Assembly: GCA_041483895.1 (NCBI GenBank)
Contig: JBGPGO010000006.1
Location: forward strand, 159,198-223,197
Origin: Fimbriimonadia bacterium
GTDB lineage: Bacteria; Armatimonadota; Fimbriimonadia; Fimbriimonadales; JABRVX01
Reading direction: 5' to 3'
DNA: 64,000 nt
The position numbers were made by a program, and so were the translations under genes. The notes under the pieces were generated by a model. It searched no databases. It was not told where the DNA came from and worked only from the letters and a program-made list of their open reading frames with translations. The first letter of the stretch is position 1. Every line of letters begins with the position of its first letter. Positions 10,389-21,109 of this stretch are shown in pieces.

Positions 10389-11273
10389 ATGGAACATCGG
10401 CTGCCCCCTTGGCTCAAGATTCGCCTTCCGCGACCGGAGACCATCCACGAAGTGGAGTCGATGATGCGGACGGCGAAGCTCCATACCGTCTGCGAAAGCG
10501 CGCGATGCCCAAACTTGCCCGAGTGCTGGGCCAAGAAGACGGCCACGTTCATGATCTTGGGCGACGTCTGCACACGGGCGTGCGGGTTTTGCGCGATCAA
10601 GGTCGGGCGCCCGCAACAGGTCGATGATGATGAACCGCGCCGCGTGGCAAATTTGGCGGCGGAGATGGGCCTGAAGCACATCGTCGTTACATCGGTCGCC
10701 CGCGATGACATGCCCGATGAGGGGGCCGGTCAATTTGCAGCCACCATCCGCGCGCTGCACGATCGAATTCCCGGCAGCATCGTCGAAGTGCTCACTCCGG
10801 ATTTCAAAGCCAGCGAGTGGCGAATACGAGTTGTGACCGACGCGCGTCCTGAGATTTATAATCACAATGTGGAGACGGTTCCGCGCCTTCAATCGGTCGT
10901 GCGGCCGCAGGCCGGTTTTACGCGGAGCCTTGCAACGCTCGAAATGGCGAAGCGATTGGATTCGAATATCTATACCAAATCGGGAATCATGCTCGGCCTT
11001 GGGGAGACTCAGCCGGAGGTTGTGGAAACATTGCGTATTCTTCGCAATGTGGGAGTGGACGCTGTTACGATCGGCCAATATCTGCGGCCGACCATGAACC
11101 ACCTGCCGGTGATCGAATATGTCACTCCGGAGGCATTCAAGGAGTATGAGCAGATCGGCGGGGACATGGGATTTTTGTTCGTCGCCTCGGGACCGTTCGT
11201 GCGCAGCTCTTACAATGCAATCGATTTTTCCAAGAAGCTGATGGCGGAGCGGCTTGCGCAGATAGGGGCTTAG
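10389..11273 (+). CDS. lipA: Lipoyl synthase (radical SAM)
   Basis: CESARCPNLPECW and CTRACGFC motifs, C-terminal VRSSY. A TATAAT -10 box lies just upstream. Confidence 0.97.
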   Translation: MEHRLPPWLKIRLPRPETIHEVESMMRTAKLHTVCESARCPNLPECWAKKTATFMILGDVCTRACGFCAIKVGRPQQVDDDEPRRVANLAAEMGLKHIVVTSVARDDMPDEGAGQFAATIRALHDRIPGSIVEVLTPDFKASEWRIRVVTDARPEIYNHNVETVPRLQSVVRPQAGFTRSLATLEMAKRLDSNIYTKSGIMLGLGETQPEVVETLRILRNVGVDAVTIGQYLRPTMNHLPVIEYVTPEAFKEYEQIGGDMGFLFVASGPFVRSSYNAIDFSKKLMAERLAQIGA

Positions 11274-11277
11274 GCCA

Positions 11278-14200
11278 ATGCGGCGGCTCACCTCCCTCTC
11301 CACACTTTTCTTCTGGCCCGTGCTGGTATGCATGATTTGGTTTACCGTCGTCATCGTCGGCCGCGTGGTCAAAGCGGCCAACGATCATTTTGTCGAGGCG
11401 GCGCTCAAGACTCTTCGAGATGAATATCATATCGTCGCGGAGGCCAAGCAGATTCGGGCCGACCTGATGACGGGTGACGTGACGGCGATAGCGCTCCGAC
11501 TCAGTACGGAAAGCGGCAAGTCTCTTTTGACAGCGGCCCAGGCTCGCATCAGCTTTCCCAGTGTGAATGGAAACCACACAACGATCCGAATCGTGGCGAG
11601 CGATGGCACGGCATGGATTCGGCGGGATGCGGACGGTCTGCTCGAGTTTCAAAAGCTGCTGCCAAAGCGTAAGAAAAAGGAGCCACTCGTCACGCCGGTC
11701 GACGTTTCGCTGCAACGATTTGATTTGCACTACGATGACGCCACAGGGGAGCGTCCCAAATCGGCGCGCGTCTATCTGTCCAAGGCAAACGCGCAAGTGA
11801 TCGGCTTTGAAGGCCGAGTTACCGTGAAGGGCACGGCCGATCATTTGGATCGGTTCTCGGCTTCCGCGCATTGGGCGGAAAAGACCGGGATGGCCGTGGT
11901 TGCGTCGTCGAATGCGGAGCTGGGCGCGCTGCTGCAAATCGCCCAGGCGAGATTCAAACTGGACGCTCTCAAATCCGCGCGGGCGGCCAAAGCATCGGGG
12001 CCGGTCTCATTCGCTCTGTCGTGGGGTGAGGGAAAGCCGGCTTGGATTGCGGATGGCAAGGTGGCAGCCGGAAGCGTTCAGTATGGTTCCTATGGCGTAA
12101 CGAGCATTCAAGCGGACATCACGGTTTCGGAGCACATGGTTTCGTTTTCGGGCGATGGGGATTTTGAAGGCGCTCACATGAAATCTGATGGATTTGTAAA
12201 AGATTTTGCCAACAAACCTATACTTTTCGCTAACGGTACGGGGTCTGGCAAGGCCGTCGAGAGGTTTTGGAAATATCTGCGCCAGAATAAGGAATCTCCG
12301 GTTGACGGAGTGTTTCGGGCCGGTTTTTGGATCGGCGGCCCGATCGATTCGCTGCAGGCGCAAGGAGACTTCGCGGTCGCAAACGCGCATTGGGAGGAAT
12401 GGAAGGCAACCGCCGCCTCCGGTTTTGCGGCGTGGCAGGCAGGCCATACGTTGGATATCCGTGGCATTGAGGCAATGCTCCGCGGATCCGGTATCGAGGC
12501 CGATGCAGCATACGATCTCAAGAATCGCACGATGCAGCTCGCCGCATCCACTCGCGCGTTTCCGCTCTCTACTATTAAAGGGGCCGCGGACGCCGGATTG
12601 AGCGGCACGGTAGCGGCCACCCTACTCTTTGACGCCCCGATCGACAAGCCCGAGGCATCGATCAACGTCTCTAGTCCGGCGATCTCGTTGACGCGTACGC
12701 TCGATCCGGAACGGCCTGACTGGTCCGGCAATCTCGGTGCGGCAGCAGCGCGCGTCGTCTGGTCCGGCGACACATTGATATTTCCCGTATTGCGCGCTGA
12801 AGGTCCAAATGGCAGGCTCCAAGGCAGCGGCATTTACAACCTCGATAATAAATCGATGTCGTTTGCCGGGGACGCAAGCGGCGTGGAATTGGATGCGTTG
12901 CGCCCGACCTATGACGCGACCGGAACTGTATTTGCAAGTTTCAAAGTCTCCGGTACGACCGACAATCCATCGATCGACGGCCTGGCGGAGGTGTTCGCGC
13001 CGGCATACGATCAATACTCCGCCGCGCTGGCAAGCGCCAAGCTGTCTTACGCCGACCAGGTCTTGACGATCGAACGCGGTTCCCTGCGCAAGGGCGCCGC
13101 TCAAGCCGCCGTGAACGGAATGGTGGACTTCACCGGCGACGTTTCTGCTCGCGAGCTAAAGTTGGGGGTGCGAGATCTGGATCCTGCCCTTCTCCTGAAA
13201 GACGAAAGCCCCGACTTTCTGCACGGTTTTTTGCATGGGGAAATGGTCCTCAATGGACCATTCAACGATCTCGCGGCCATCGGCAAGGCGCAGTGGGAGG
13301 ACGGAACTATTGACAAGATTCCCGTCGATTCCGCTGCTGCCGATCTCGTCTACCGGGCGAGCATCCTTGAGCTTCAGAACGTTACAGCGAACATTGGGGG
13401 AGGGACGCTAACCGGCTCGGGCCATTTCGGCCGTGACAGCCAATCGGAGATGACGTTCCGCCTGGCCGATGCGGATCTCTCGACACTCAATGGATACATC
13501 GATCCGTCTACGCCGATTTCCGGACTGTTCGCCGGTGGCGGAGAGCTACGTTCGGACGGCAAGACCTGGTCGGGAAGTTTTGACGGTTCTGTAACAAACA
13601 GCTCGGTCGGAAACCTTGAACTGGGCGGCGGGGAGCTCCACGCGCAGCTTGCCGACAATCGTTTGCGGGGGAGCTTAGCGCTGACCAACGGGCGGGAAAC
13701 GGTCACAGTTGCGGCCGACAACGTGGATTTCGATAAACGCGAATTGACGATCCGAACGACCGCCGATTTGCATCTGGAAGACCTCCGTCTCACTACCCGC
13801 AGGCTGATTCCGGAAATGTCCGATGCTGCGTGGGTACTGATCCGAAAACCTTCCGGCGGCCTTCATGCCGAGGCTAGCGCGACCGGCAGTTTCGACGAAC
13901 TGGAATTCCCGTTCCGACTGACGGTCCCGGACTTTGCGATCGACGATCACGCGGCCGGCCAGGTGAGCGTCAAAGGAACCGCGCTACGAGATTTGTATAA
14001 GTTTGACTACATAACTTGGACATATCAGGGCGGTCAGGTCTTGGCATCCGGTTCGGCCTCCCCGGATGGCGCGATCGTTGGCGGAGTGGAGATCGCCGGG
14101 CTTGATCTGTCTGTATTTCAGACGCTTCACGCAGAGCTGATCGGCTTGCGCGGAACGATCGACGCCACGGCCCAGGTGTCGGGCGCGACGAAGGCGCCGG

Positions 14201-15777
14201 ATATTGACATGACGCTCGATTTGACCGGCGTCGGCCGCGGGGGCCTTGATATAGATCGGGCCGACTTCGGTCTGATTACGGTTCGCGACGGCGAGATACG
14301 AACGGACGCGGCGGTCATCCAGAAATTTGGGTATGTCGCGCGGCTGTCGGGCTCGGTGCCGTTCACCTACAAGCCGTTCGGCTTCCCCACCGATCTGCCG
14401 ATCCACGGGGAGCTGGTTCTTCCCGAACAGGATCTGGCGGGCCTGCGGGTCTTTTGGCCGGAGATAGACGCGGAGCGCACCAATGGGCGTCTGTTCGGGG
14501 CGGATACCGGCGGACGGGATCGGCCAATCAGAGTCGCCGTCGGCGGCACGCTGCATAATTTCGCACTCACCGGTGAACTGGATGTGTCGGGAACCAGCTT
14601 TGCGATCAAAGACGTGGGCGAGGGGCTCAAGGATATCAGCGGCGTCATCCGGCTGAATGGCGAAGCGATCACGTTGGAGAGCCTGTCGCTTTCCAGCGCG
14701 AGCGGAGGAAAGGCGGAGGCCAATGCCCGCATCAACGTCCAGGACGGACTGAACAGCCCCATTTCCGGGGATTTGAAGCTGACTTCCCTGACGCTCAAGA
14801 GCCACGATCCCAACCCGCAAAAGTCCGGAACCGTCACGCTCAATGGCACGGTCAGCGCGCAAGGCACTTTGAAGGACCCGCTCTTTGTCGGTGTCTTGGG
14901 AGTCGCCAGCGGAACGATTCCCGTTCCCGAGAACTGGGAATCCAAAGCCGGTGGCGTGCTCCCGGCGATTGATCCCAGGCTCAATATTTCGGTCCAAATC
15001 GCTCCCGGAACCGAGATTCGGTCGCCCCGAATGGATGCCAAGATACGCGGGACGGCGAACGTGTCCAGAAGCGTCTACCATCCCAAGCTGACGGCGGAAA
15101 TCCACATCATGAGCGGTTCTATCCGCGTGCCAACGATGCGGCTCGCGCTTCAGCCGGGCAGCAGCCTGAACCTAGAATACGACGGCAGGCCGGGGCAGGA
15201 ACCAATTGCGGCCATGCAGGTCAACCTTCGGGCGCGGACCAGCATCGTAACCGCCAACGCGATCGGCTCGCCGGTCACTTACCGCATTGATATGCAGATC
15301 ACCGGCTCCCTGTTGGAAGAGGACGGTCTGCGGATTCATGCCAGCTCGTCCCCGCCCGACCTGCCGGAAGCGCAGATCATGGCGCTGCTGGGCCAGCAGG
15401 GGTTTTTGGAGTCGATCGGCCGGGAGAACGTCGGCAAGGCGTTCCAACAGGAGCTGAAAGACATTTTGGGCGCATCGGTTCTTCCGGCGTTATTCGAGGC
15501 GATTGACCCGAATTTGGCTCAGAAGATCGGCCTGGAGGCCTTCGGCGTGACATACAATCGCTTCGAGCCGCTCACGCTCAATCTGACGAAGTCGCTGTTC
15601 GATGGAGTCAACGTGAGCTACCGGCGCTCTCTGGAGGGTGTCGAGACCCTGTATCAGGTAAAGTTGTCCTGGCAGTTGCCCATTCGGCACCGGTTCCTCG
15701 GCAACTTTAGTTTGGGATACGAATACGACCAGCAGAGACTGGGCCGCATCACGCTCGAATGGGGACGAAGATTCTAG
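11278..15777 (+). CDS. tamB: Translocation/assembly module TamB (AsmA-like/DUF490) protein
   Basis: 1499 aa, N-terminal TM anchor, repetitive beta-taco sequence, SSSPPDLPEAQIMALL DUF490-like motif, terminal RRF. Lies upstream of bamA. Confidence 0.8.
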   Translation: MRRLTSLSTLFFWPVLVCMIWFTVVIVGRVVKAANDHFVEAALKTLRDEYHIVAEAKQIRADLMTGDVTAIALRLSTESGKSLLTAAQARISFPSVNGNHTTIRIVASDGTAWIRRDADGLLEFQKLLPKRKKKEPLVTPVDVSLQRFDLHYDDATGERPKSARVYLSKANAQVIGFEGRVTVKGTADHLDRFSASAHWAEKTGMAVVASSNAELGALLQIAQARFKLDALKSARAAKASGPVSFALSWGEGKPAWIADGKVAAGSVQYGSYGVTSIQADITVSEHMVSFSGDGDFEGAHMKSDGFVKDFANKPILFANGTGSGKAVERFWKYLRQNKESPVDGVFRAGFWIGGPIDSLQAQGDFAVANAHWEEWKATAASGFAAWQAGHTLDIRGIEAMLRGSGIEADAAYDLKNRTMQLAASTRAFPLSTIKGAADAGLSGTVAATLLFDAPIDKPEASINVSSPAISLTRTLDPERPDWSGNLGAAAARVVWSGDTLIFPVLRAEGPNGRLQGSGIYNLDNKSMSFAGDASGVELDALRPTYDATGTVFASFKVSGTTDNPSIDGLAEVFAPAYDQYSAALASAKLSYADQVLTIERGSLRKGAAQAAVNGMVDFTGDVSARELKLGVRDLDPALLLKDESPDFLHGFLHGEMVLNGPFNDLAAIGKAQWEDGTIDKIPVDSAAADLVYRASILELQNVTANIGGGTLTGSGHFGRDSQSEMTFRLADADLSTLNGYIDPSTPISGLFAGGGELRSDGKTWSGSFDGSVTNSSVGNLELGGGELHAQLADNRLRGSLALTNGRETVTVAADNVDFDKRELTIRTTADLHLEDLRLTTRRLIPEMSDAAWVLIRKPSGGLHAEASATGSFDELEFPFRLTVPDFAIDDHAAGQVSVKGTALRDLYKFDYITWTYQGGQVLASGSASPDGAIVGGVEIAGLDLSVFQTLHAELIGLRGTIDATAQVSGATKAPDIDMTLDLTGVGRGGLDIDRADFGLITVRDGEIRTDAAVIQKFGYVARLSGSVPFTYKPFGFPTDLPIHGELVLPEQDLAGLRVFWPEIDAERTNGRLFGADTGGRDRPIRVAVGGTLHNFALTGELDVSGTSFAIKDVGEGLKDISGVIRLNGEAITLESLSLSSASGGKAEANARINVQDGLNSPISGDLKLTSLTLKSHDPNPQKSGTVTLNGTVSAQGTLKDPLFVGVLGVASGTIPVPENWESKAGGVLPAIDPRLNISVQIAPGTEIRSPRMDAKIRGTANVSRSVYHPKLTAEIHIMSGSIRVPTMRLALQPGSSLNLEYDGRPGQEPIAAMQVNLRARTSIVTANAIGSPVTYRIDMQITGSLLEEDGLRIHASSSPPDLPEAQIMALLGQQGFLESIGRENVGKAFQQELKDILGASVLPALFEAIDPNLAQKIGLEAFGVTYNRFEPLTLNLTKSLFDGVNVSYRRSLEGVETLYQVKLSWQLPIRHRFLGNFSLGYEYDQQRLGRITLEWGRRF

Positions 15778-15864
15778 CGCCCGGCTGCGTATACGGACCC
15801 CGGCCGCCGTTGGGGGGCATTTCGGGGCCGGTGACGAGTGAATGGCGGCCGAGTCGGAATTTCC

Positions 15865-15893
15865 TGAAACAGTTAATCGTATGACCGGTCTAA
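15865..15893 (+). promoter_or_regulatory. Putative ECF-sigma promoter TGAAAC-N17-GTCTAA
   Basis: Matches the general ECF -35 AAC / -10 GTC pattern, 40 nt upstream of an ECF sigma gene. Confidence 0.5.
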
Positions 15894-15932
15894 GGCAACG
15901 TTGGTTCGACAACGGCTCGACACGGAGGTAGT

Positions 15933-16472
15933 TTGCCCGCTCATGATGCGGAGTTCGAGTCGCTCGTGGTCCTTTATGAGCAGCGCATATTCAATGTTGT
16001 GTACCGAATGGTGGACGACTACGATGAGGCGGCGGACGTTACACAGGAAGTGTTTGTCCGTGCTTTTAGAGCGTACGAGAGGTTTCGCGGCGAATCGCAA
16101 CCGTACACTTGGCTGTACAGGATTGCGGTCAATCTCGTGCGTGACCACGTGGCGAAGCGCAAGCGCCGATCGGCGTTGGAATTCTCCCTAGAATCCGGGC
16201 ATTCGGAGGGTTCGAGGGAGCTTGACATCGCTGACGACACGTATATGCCGGAGAGGTTGCTGGTAAAACAGGAGTTGCGAGTGCAGTTGGAAGGCGCAAT
16301 TCAGGCCCTTCCCGACGGCTACAGGGAATGCATCCTGCTTCGGGAATTCGAATCGATGTCGTATCAGGAGATCGCCGAGTCCATGGATATAACGGTGGAA
16401 GCCGTTCGGAGTCGGCTGGCGAGGGCCCGGGGAATGATCCGGCGGAGGCTGGGGCCTTACCTCGAGGCGTAA
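15933..16472 (+). CDS. ECF RNA polymerase sigma-70 factor (SigE/SigW-like)
   Basis: DVTQEVF, YTWLYRIAVN (region 2) and MSYQEIA...VRSRLARAR (region 4). GGAGG RBS before a TTG start. Confidence 0.93.
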   Translation: MPAHDAEFESLVVLYEQRIFNVVYRMVDDYDEAADVTQEVFVRAFRAYERFRGESQPYTWLYRIAVNLVRDHVAKRKRRSALEFSLESGHSEGSRELDIADDTYMPERLLVKQELRVQLEGAIQALPDGYRECILLREFESMSYQEIAESMDITVEAVRSRLARARGMIRRRLGPYLEA

Positions 16473-16495
16473 ATTATGGAAGAGAAGGGAACAAC

Positions 16496-18409
16496 ATGAG
16501 AAAGGCGCTTCTGGCAGCAGGTTTGGTAGTGCTTTGCCAAGGAATGGCATCGGCCTCGTTGAAACTTCCCCTAGACGATTTTGTCGGATATCCGCGTCCC
16601 GCGGACGTGGTCACCCCCTGGGAACCGCGGCAGGGGCTTGGATTGGTGACCGAAGTGTTGATCAACGGTCTCAACAGGATCCGGCCCGAGGCGGTCAAGG
16701 GCGTCATGAAGCTTAAACCCGGCGAGCCGTACTCGGACCTGCAGCTCAAGGCGGATCAGGAAGCCATCCAGGGCTTGGGCTTTTTCCAGAACGTTTTGCC
16801 CCATGCGGAGCCGATGAACACGGGCGTCCGGGTGGTTGTCGATGTGGTGGAGCATCCGATCATCCAAAAGATTTCGTTTTCCGGCAGCGTCCTTATCGCC
16901 GACGCGGATCTACGAAAGGTGATGACCCTTCAAGAGGGGCAGGTCTATAACAGCAATTCGCAGCGAGCGGACCTTGCCAACATCAAGAACCTGTACGATA
17001 AAAAGGGGTATCTCGCTCAGATCGATTCGGCTGCATTTGTTCCTGGGCAGCCGGGTGTGTTCGATATCAAAATCGCGGTTGTGAAGGTCGCGGATATCAA
17101 GATGATCGCCCATCACACTGTCAACGGGATCCGATACTACGAAACGGAAGACGGCAAACCCGTCACAATGAGTACGAAGCAGTACGTGGTACGTCGGGAG
17201 CTAAAAACGAGGGTCGGGGAGTACTTCAATCTGGAAACTTGGCGGAGGGACCTGTTTCGAATTTGGAATCTCGGCTTTTTCGATAGCGTGCAAGGGATGG
17301 ATCCCACGTCGCCGGACATCGATACCATCGGAGTTGGAATCGATCTAGAGGAGCGGCGGACCGGTCAGGTCAACGTCGGCGCGAGCTACGGAGAGGTGCA
17401 GGGAGTAACGGGCTTCATCAAGCTTGAGGAAGCAAATCTATTCGGTCGAGGCCAGGGTGTATCGATCACCGCGTCGCGAGGCAGCACCAACTCTGGCTTC
17501 AGCCTCGACCTCGGCTACTCCAATCCCTGGATCGACGGTCGCCACACCGGCCTGACAGTCAATCTATACGATAAACTGATCTACCGATTCAGTTCGTCCT
17601 TCTTTGGCGGCGTCGGCGGCGACAACAATACTGACACGCGATATAATGAGCGGAGGACGGGCGGGTCGCTCAGCCTCTCCCGTCCGCTCGGAGAATTCCT
17701 TACGATCTTTTCGGGATTTCGGATTGAATCCATCCGTACGAACAATGTGGCTACCAAGGAAGGGGATCAGTTCATTCAGCAAGACGGCAGCGTTGCCGCC
17801 GTCAACGCCGGATTCACGAACAACACGCGCGACCTTGATATCGATCCCGCCTCCGGCCACTATTTCAAGACAAGTTTGGAAGCGGGCGTTTCCAATATCA
17901 CGGAGGTCGGCGGCGTGTTTTCCGGACTGAACGATCTGCTTGGCCGGAATAATTTCATTAAGGGCGCCCTTGATATGCGGTACTACTACTCACCGCAGGG
18001 CAGGCGCCTGAAACCGGACGACCTGCGGCACGTGATCGCCACGCGCGTGTATGCCGGTACAATCACCGGTACCATCCCGTTCTTTGAGCAATACTTCGCG
18101 GGCGGCTCGGACAGCATCCGCGGCTACCCGGAGGATCGCTTCTGGGGCAAGAATGTGGTGTACGCGAATTTCGAATATCGGTTCCCGCTCCAGAAGGCGA
18201 TGTCGCTTGTTGGCTTTTTTGATTATGGCGACGCCTGGGGTGGGTACGATACGGTTAACACGTTTATACAATCGAGCTCATTCCAAGGGGAATTCGGCTA
18301 TGGAGTCGGAATTCATTTTCGGACGCCGCTAGGACCGATTCGGTTGGATCTGGCGTTTAACAAAGACGGACACAATCGAACCCACTTTATGATTGGCCAT
18401 GCGTTCTAG
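16496..18409 (+). CDS. bamA: BamA/Omp85 outer-membrane protein assembly factor
   Basis: Signal peptide from ATG 16496, POTRA repeats, GG..SIRGY motif, TPLGPIRLD, terminal F. Confidence 0.92.
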   Translation: MRKALLAAGLVVLCQGMASASLKLPLDDFVGYPRPADVVTPWEPRQGLGLVTEVLINGLNRIRPEAVKGVMKLKPGEPYSDLQLKADQEAIQGLGFFQNVLPHAEPMNTGVRVVVDVVEHPIIQKISFSGSVLIADADLRKVMTLQEGQVYNSNSQRADLANIKNLYDKKGYLAQIDSAAFVPGQPGVFDIKIAVVKVADIKMIAHHTVNGIRYYETEDGKPVTMSTKQYVVRRELKTRVGEYFNLETWRRDLFRIWNLGFFDSVQGMDPTSPDIDTIGVGIDLEERRTGQVNVGASYGEVQGVTGFIKLEEANLFGRGQGVSITASRGSTNSGFSLDLGYSNPWIDGRHTGLTVNLYDKLIYRFSSSFFGGVGGDNNTDTRYNERRTGGSLSLSRPLGEFLTIFSGFRIESIRTNNVATKEGDQFIQQDGSVAAVNAGFTNNTRDLDIDPASGHYFKTSLEAGVSNITEVGGVFSGLNDLLGRNNFIKGALDMRYYYSPQGRRLKPDDLRHVIATRVYAGTITGTIPFFEQYFAGGSDSIRGYPEDRFWGKNVVYANFEYRFPLQKAMSLVGFFDYGDAWGGYDTVNTFIQSSSFQGEFGYGVGIHFRTPLGPIRLDLAFNKDGHNRTHFMIGHAF

Positions 18410-18432
18410 GGCTGTATGAGGAGGAAGAATAG

Positions 18433-19065
18433 ATGAACGGTTTTTGGAAAGGTGTGCTAGCCGGCGCGGCTGCGGTCGTCGCAGTACTTACCGTGATGGC
18501 ATTCGAACAGACCGCGCCAAAGGTCGGCAATGTCGATCTGGATCGTGTTGTTCGGGAAAGCAAAGTCGGTAAAGAGGCGGAGGGCAAGTTCAATACCGAG
18601 ACGCGAGTCCGCAACGAGATTCTTCAGCACTTTGACTTGAATCGCTGCTACGACGAGCAGCAACAAAAAGAAGTGGCGGACCTGTGGCTCAAGACGAACC
18701 GCACGCCGGACGAAGAAAAGCGGCTGGGTGTTCTCAAGGACACCGGGCTCAACATGCAAAAGGAGCTCTTGACGTACTCGCAAAAGACCACCCCCCTTAC
18801 GCCGGAAGAAAAGACCCGATTTGAAGACTTGCAGCGCAGGGCCAGCATGATGAGCCAGGTGACGCTGCGGCGCATGCAGGCGGAATTTGAGGACAAGCTC
18901 AGCGAGATGCGCAAGGAGTCACTGACCGGCATCATCGCGAAAGTCAAAGTCGCGGTCCAAAAGATCGGCAAGGAGCAGGGATTTACCATGATTCTCGATT
19001 CGCAGTACGCTCCCTATACGATGGTGGACATCTCCGATCTCGTGCTGAAGGAGCTGGACAAATAG
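18433..19065 (+). CDS. skp: Skp/OmpH periplasmic chaperone
   Basis: KVGNVDLDRV N-terminus, coiled coil, GFTMILD...DISDLVLKEL C-terminus. Follows bamA. Confidence 0.85.
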   Translation: MNGFWKGVLAGAAAVVAVLTVMAFEQTAPKVGNVDLDRVVRESKVGKEAEGKFNTETRVRNEILQHFDLNRCYDEQQQKEVADLWLKTNRTPDEEKRLGVLKDTGLNMQKELLTYSQKTTPLTPEEKTRFEDLQRRASMMSQVTLRRMQAEFEDKLSEMRKESLTGIIAKVKVAVQKIGKEQGFTMILDSQYAPYTMVDISDLVLKELDK

Positions 19066-19127
19066 CTTGTCCGATTCGATTCTCCTTTCACGGATTCGGG
19101 GGCGTTGTCGCGCCCCCGATTGTTCTC

Positions 19128-20090
19128 TTGTGCCTGATTTGCGCGGGGTGTTCTCGGCCTTCTGTGCGAACCGTTTTTGTGGATTTTGACAAGGCGTGGG
19201 CGGCCAGAAGCCAAAAACCGGAGGAGTGGGCCGCCAAGCTAGACAATCGCCAAGTGGCCCCGGCAGTCCAGCCCGCGAAAAACCTGCGAACCGAAGTAAA
19301 GCTGGAGCCGATTTCCACTTCGGCAGGAATGACTGCCGCGCTAGAAGCCCGGAGGCAGCGAGCCCTTGCGACCACTCGCGACCTGCGACTCGCGATGGAG
19401 CAGGAACTCCGCAACAGCGCGACTCGGCACGCGGCCCGGGAGGCGGAACGCAAGAGGGCGGAACTAACGGAAAAGTCTGACATCGAGTCGCTGACAATCT
19501 TTGATAAGCTCCGCGAAGAAATGACATCGGTGGCATATCGCTACGCCGACATCAAGGGGCCGCTCTTGCGCAGGAAGGTTGTGCTGACCGCGGATGGCGC
19601 TGGCGCGCCGCGACCGGCCTCTTTCGACAAGGAGTTGGCCGAGGTCCAGGGCGCGCTGGACAAGGCGGACGCGTCCCAGCGAGTAGAAGCGCAGGCGCTC
19701 CAGGCGAAGGCGGACAAAGAATCGAAGGGTCTGTACTCCAACATCGACACCTTGGTGGCCGAGCATGTCCAGCGCCTTTTGGCCGAGCGGCTCCAGTCAA
19801 TCGAAGACAAGCTGTCCAAAGAGAACTTCGACCTCAATCTCATTTTGCCGGACAAGCCGCTGACGCCGGAGATATCGACGGGCGAAGAGTCGATCCATTT
19901 CCATCCATTGAGCAAGGCGGAAACAGCCACGACAGGGACGGGCGCAAGACAGCAATGGGAGTCTATTGCGCGGGAATCTTTGCGGCGGGAGATCGAGCTT
20001 TGGGTGAAGGCGAAAGGATGGCGGCTGTCCTCCACGCGTGCGGGGGCGGCGGACGTCACCCAACAGTTTATCGAGGAAACCGCTCAGTGA
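19128..20090 (+). CDS. Skp/OmpH-like long coiled-coil putative lipoprotein (start uncertain)
   Basis: Lipobox-like ICAG-C, VFVDFDKAW, long coiled coil, KGWRL...DVTQQFIE C-terminus resembling Skp. Confidence 0.55.
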   Translation: MCLICAGCSRPSVRTVFVDFDKAWAARSQKPEEWAAKLDNRQVAPAVQPAKNLRTEVKLEPISTSAGMTAALEARRQRALATTRDLRLAMEQELRNSATRHAAREAERKRAELTEKSDIESLTIFDKLREEMTSVAYRYADIKGPLLRRKVVLTADGAGAPRPASFDKELAEVQGALDKADASQRVEAQALQAKADKESKGLYSNIDTLVAEHVQRLLAERLQSIEDKLSKENFDLNLILPDKPLTPEISTGEESIHFHPLSKAETATTGTGARQQWESIARESLRREIELWVKAKGWRLSSTRAGAADVTQQFIEETAQ

Positions 20091-21109
20091 TCACGCTCGC
20101 CGAGCTTGCGGAGCTTGTGGGCGGACGGGTTTTCGGTGACGGCGGCACGAACATCCGGACCATGAACACCCCCGATCGGGCGGTCGCCGGGGACCTGGTT
20201 TTCGCCACCGACGACAGGTGGCTGGCCGCGGCGGAAGCGTCGCAGGCCTCGGCGATTTTGACGAGCGTGGATGCGGGCGCGGGCAAGCCGAAGCTCGTTG
20301 TCGTAGATGTGCGGCAGGCGACTCAGCAGCTGCTCGGAGTATTTGCACGGACCTACCATCCGGAAATCGGCATTCATCCGCTCGCTTTCGTTTCGCCGAC
20401 CGCTACCCTGGCATCCGATGTTGCCGTCGGTCCTTTCGCATGCATTCTCGACAGTGCTGTTCTCGGTTCCGGCGTCGTCGTCCATCCATTTGTCTATGTG
20501 GGCGACGGATGCACCATCGGGAATGACACCGTGCTGTTTCCCGGCGCGAAGCTGATGCCGCACAGCGTTGTCGGTAGCCGATGCAATCTGCACGCCGGCT
20601 GTGTCATCGGAGAAGCGGGTTTCGGATACGTGCCGGATGGCGGCCAACACCGGCGGATTCCGCAGATCGGCCACGTTGCGATCGGGGACGATGTGGATGT
20701 CGGCGCAAACACGACGATCGATCGTGCTATGGTCGGCGCCACCATTGTCGGAGACGGCACTAAAATCGATAATTTGGTGCAGATCGGTCACAACGTTCGC
20801 ATCGGCAGCAACTGCATCATCGTTGCGCAGGTGGCCATCGGAGGCAGCGCGAAAATCGGCGACAACGTCGTTCTCGGTGGTCAGACCGGTGTCGCCGAGC
20901 ATCTCGAGATTGCCGCGGGCGTCCGAACGGGTGGCGGAACCGGGGTGGCCCGATCCCTTCGGAATCCCGGCGACTATTGGGGGTTCCCCGCCCGACCGAT
21001 GAAGGACACTTTGGCGGCGATGGCCGCGACGAATCGCGCCCCGAAAATGGCGCAAGAGGTGGCGGAGCTGCGACGCCGGTTGGAGGAGTTGGAGAAGCGA
21101 CTTGGTTGA
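20087..21109 (+). CDS. lpxD: UDP-3-O-(3-hydroxyacyl)glucosamine N-acyltransferase
   Basis: TLAELAELVGG start (GTG 20087), hexapeptide repeats, GFGY, IPQIG, KIDNLVQIGHN. Confidence 0.95.
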   Translation: MITLAELAELVGGRVFGDGGTNIRTMNTPDRAVAGDLVFATDDRWLAAAEASQASAILTSVDAGAGKPKLVVVDVRQATQQLLGVFARTYHPEIGIHPLAFVSPTATLASDVAVGPFACILDSAVLGSGVVVHPFVYVGDGCTIGNDTVLFPGAKLMPHSVVGSRCNLHAGCVIGEAGFGYVPDGGQHRRIPQIGHVAIGDDVDVGANTTIDRAMVGATIVGDGTKIDNLVQIGHNVRIGSNCIIVAQVAIGGSAKIGDNVVLGGQTGVAEHLEIAAGVRTGGGTGVARSLRNPGDYWGFPARPMKDTLAAMAATNRAPKMAQEVAELRRRLEELEKRLG

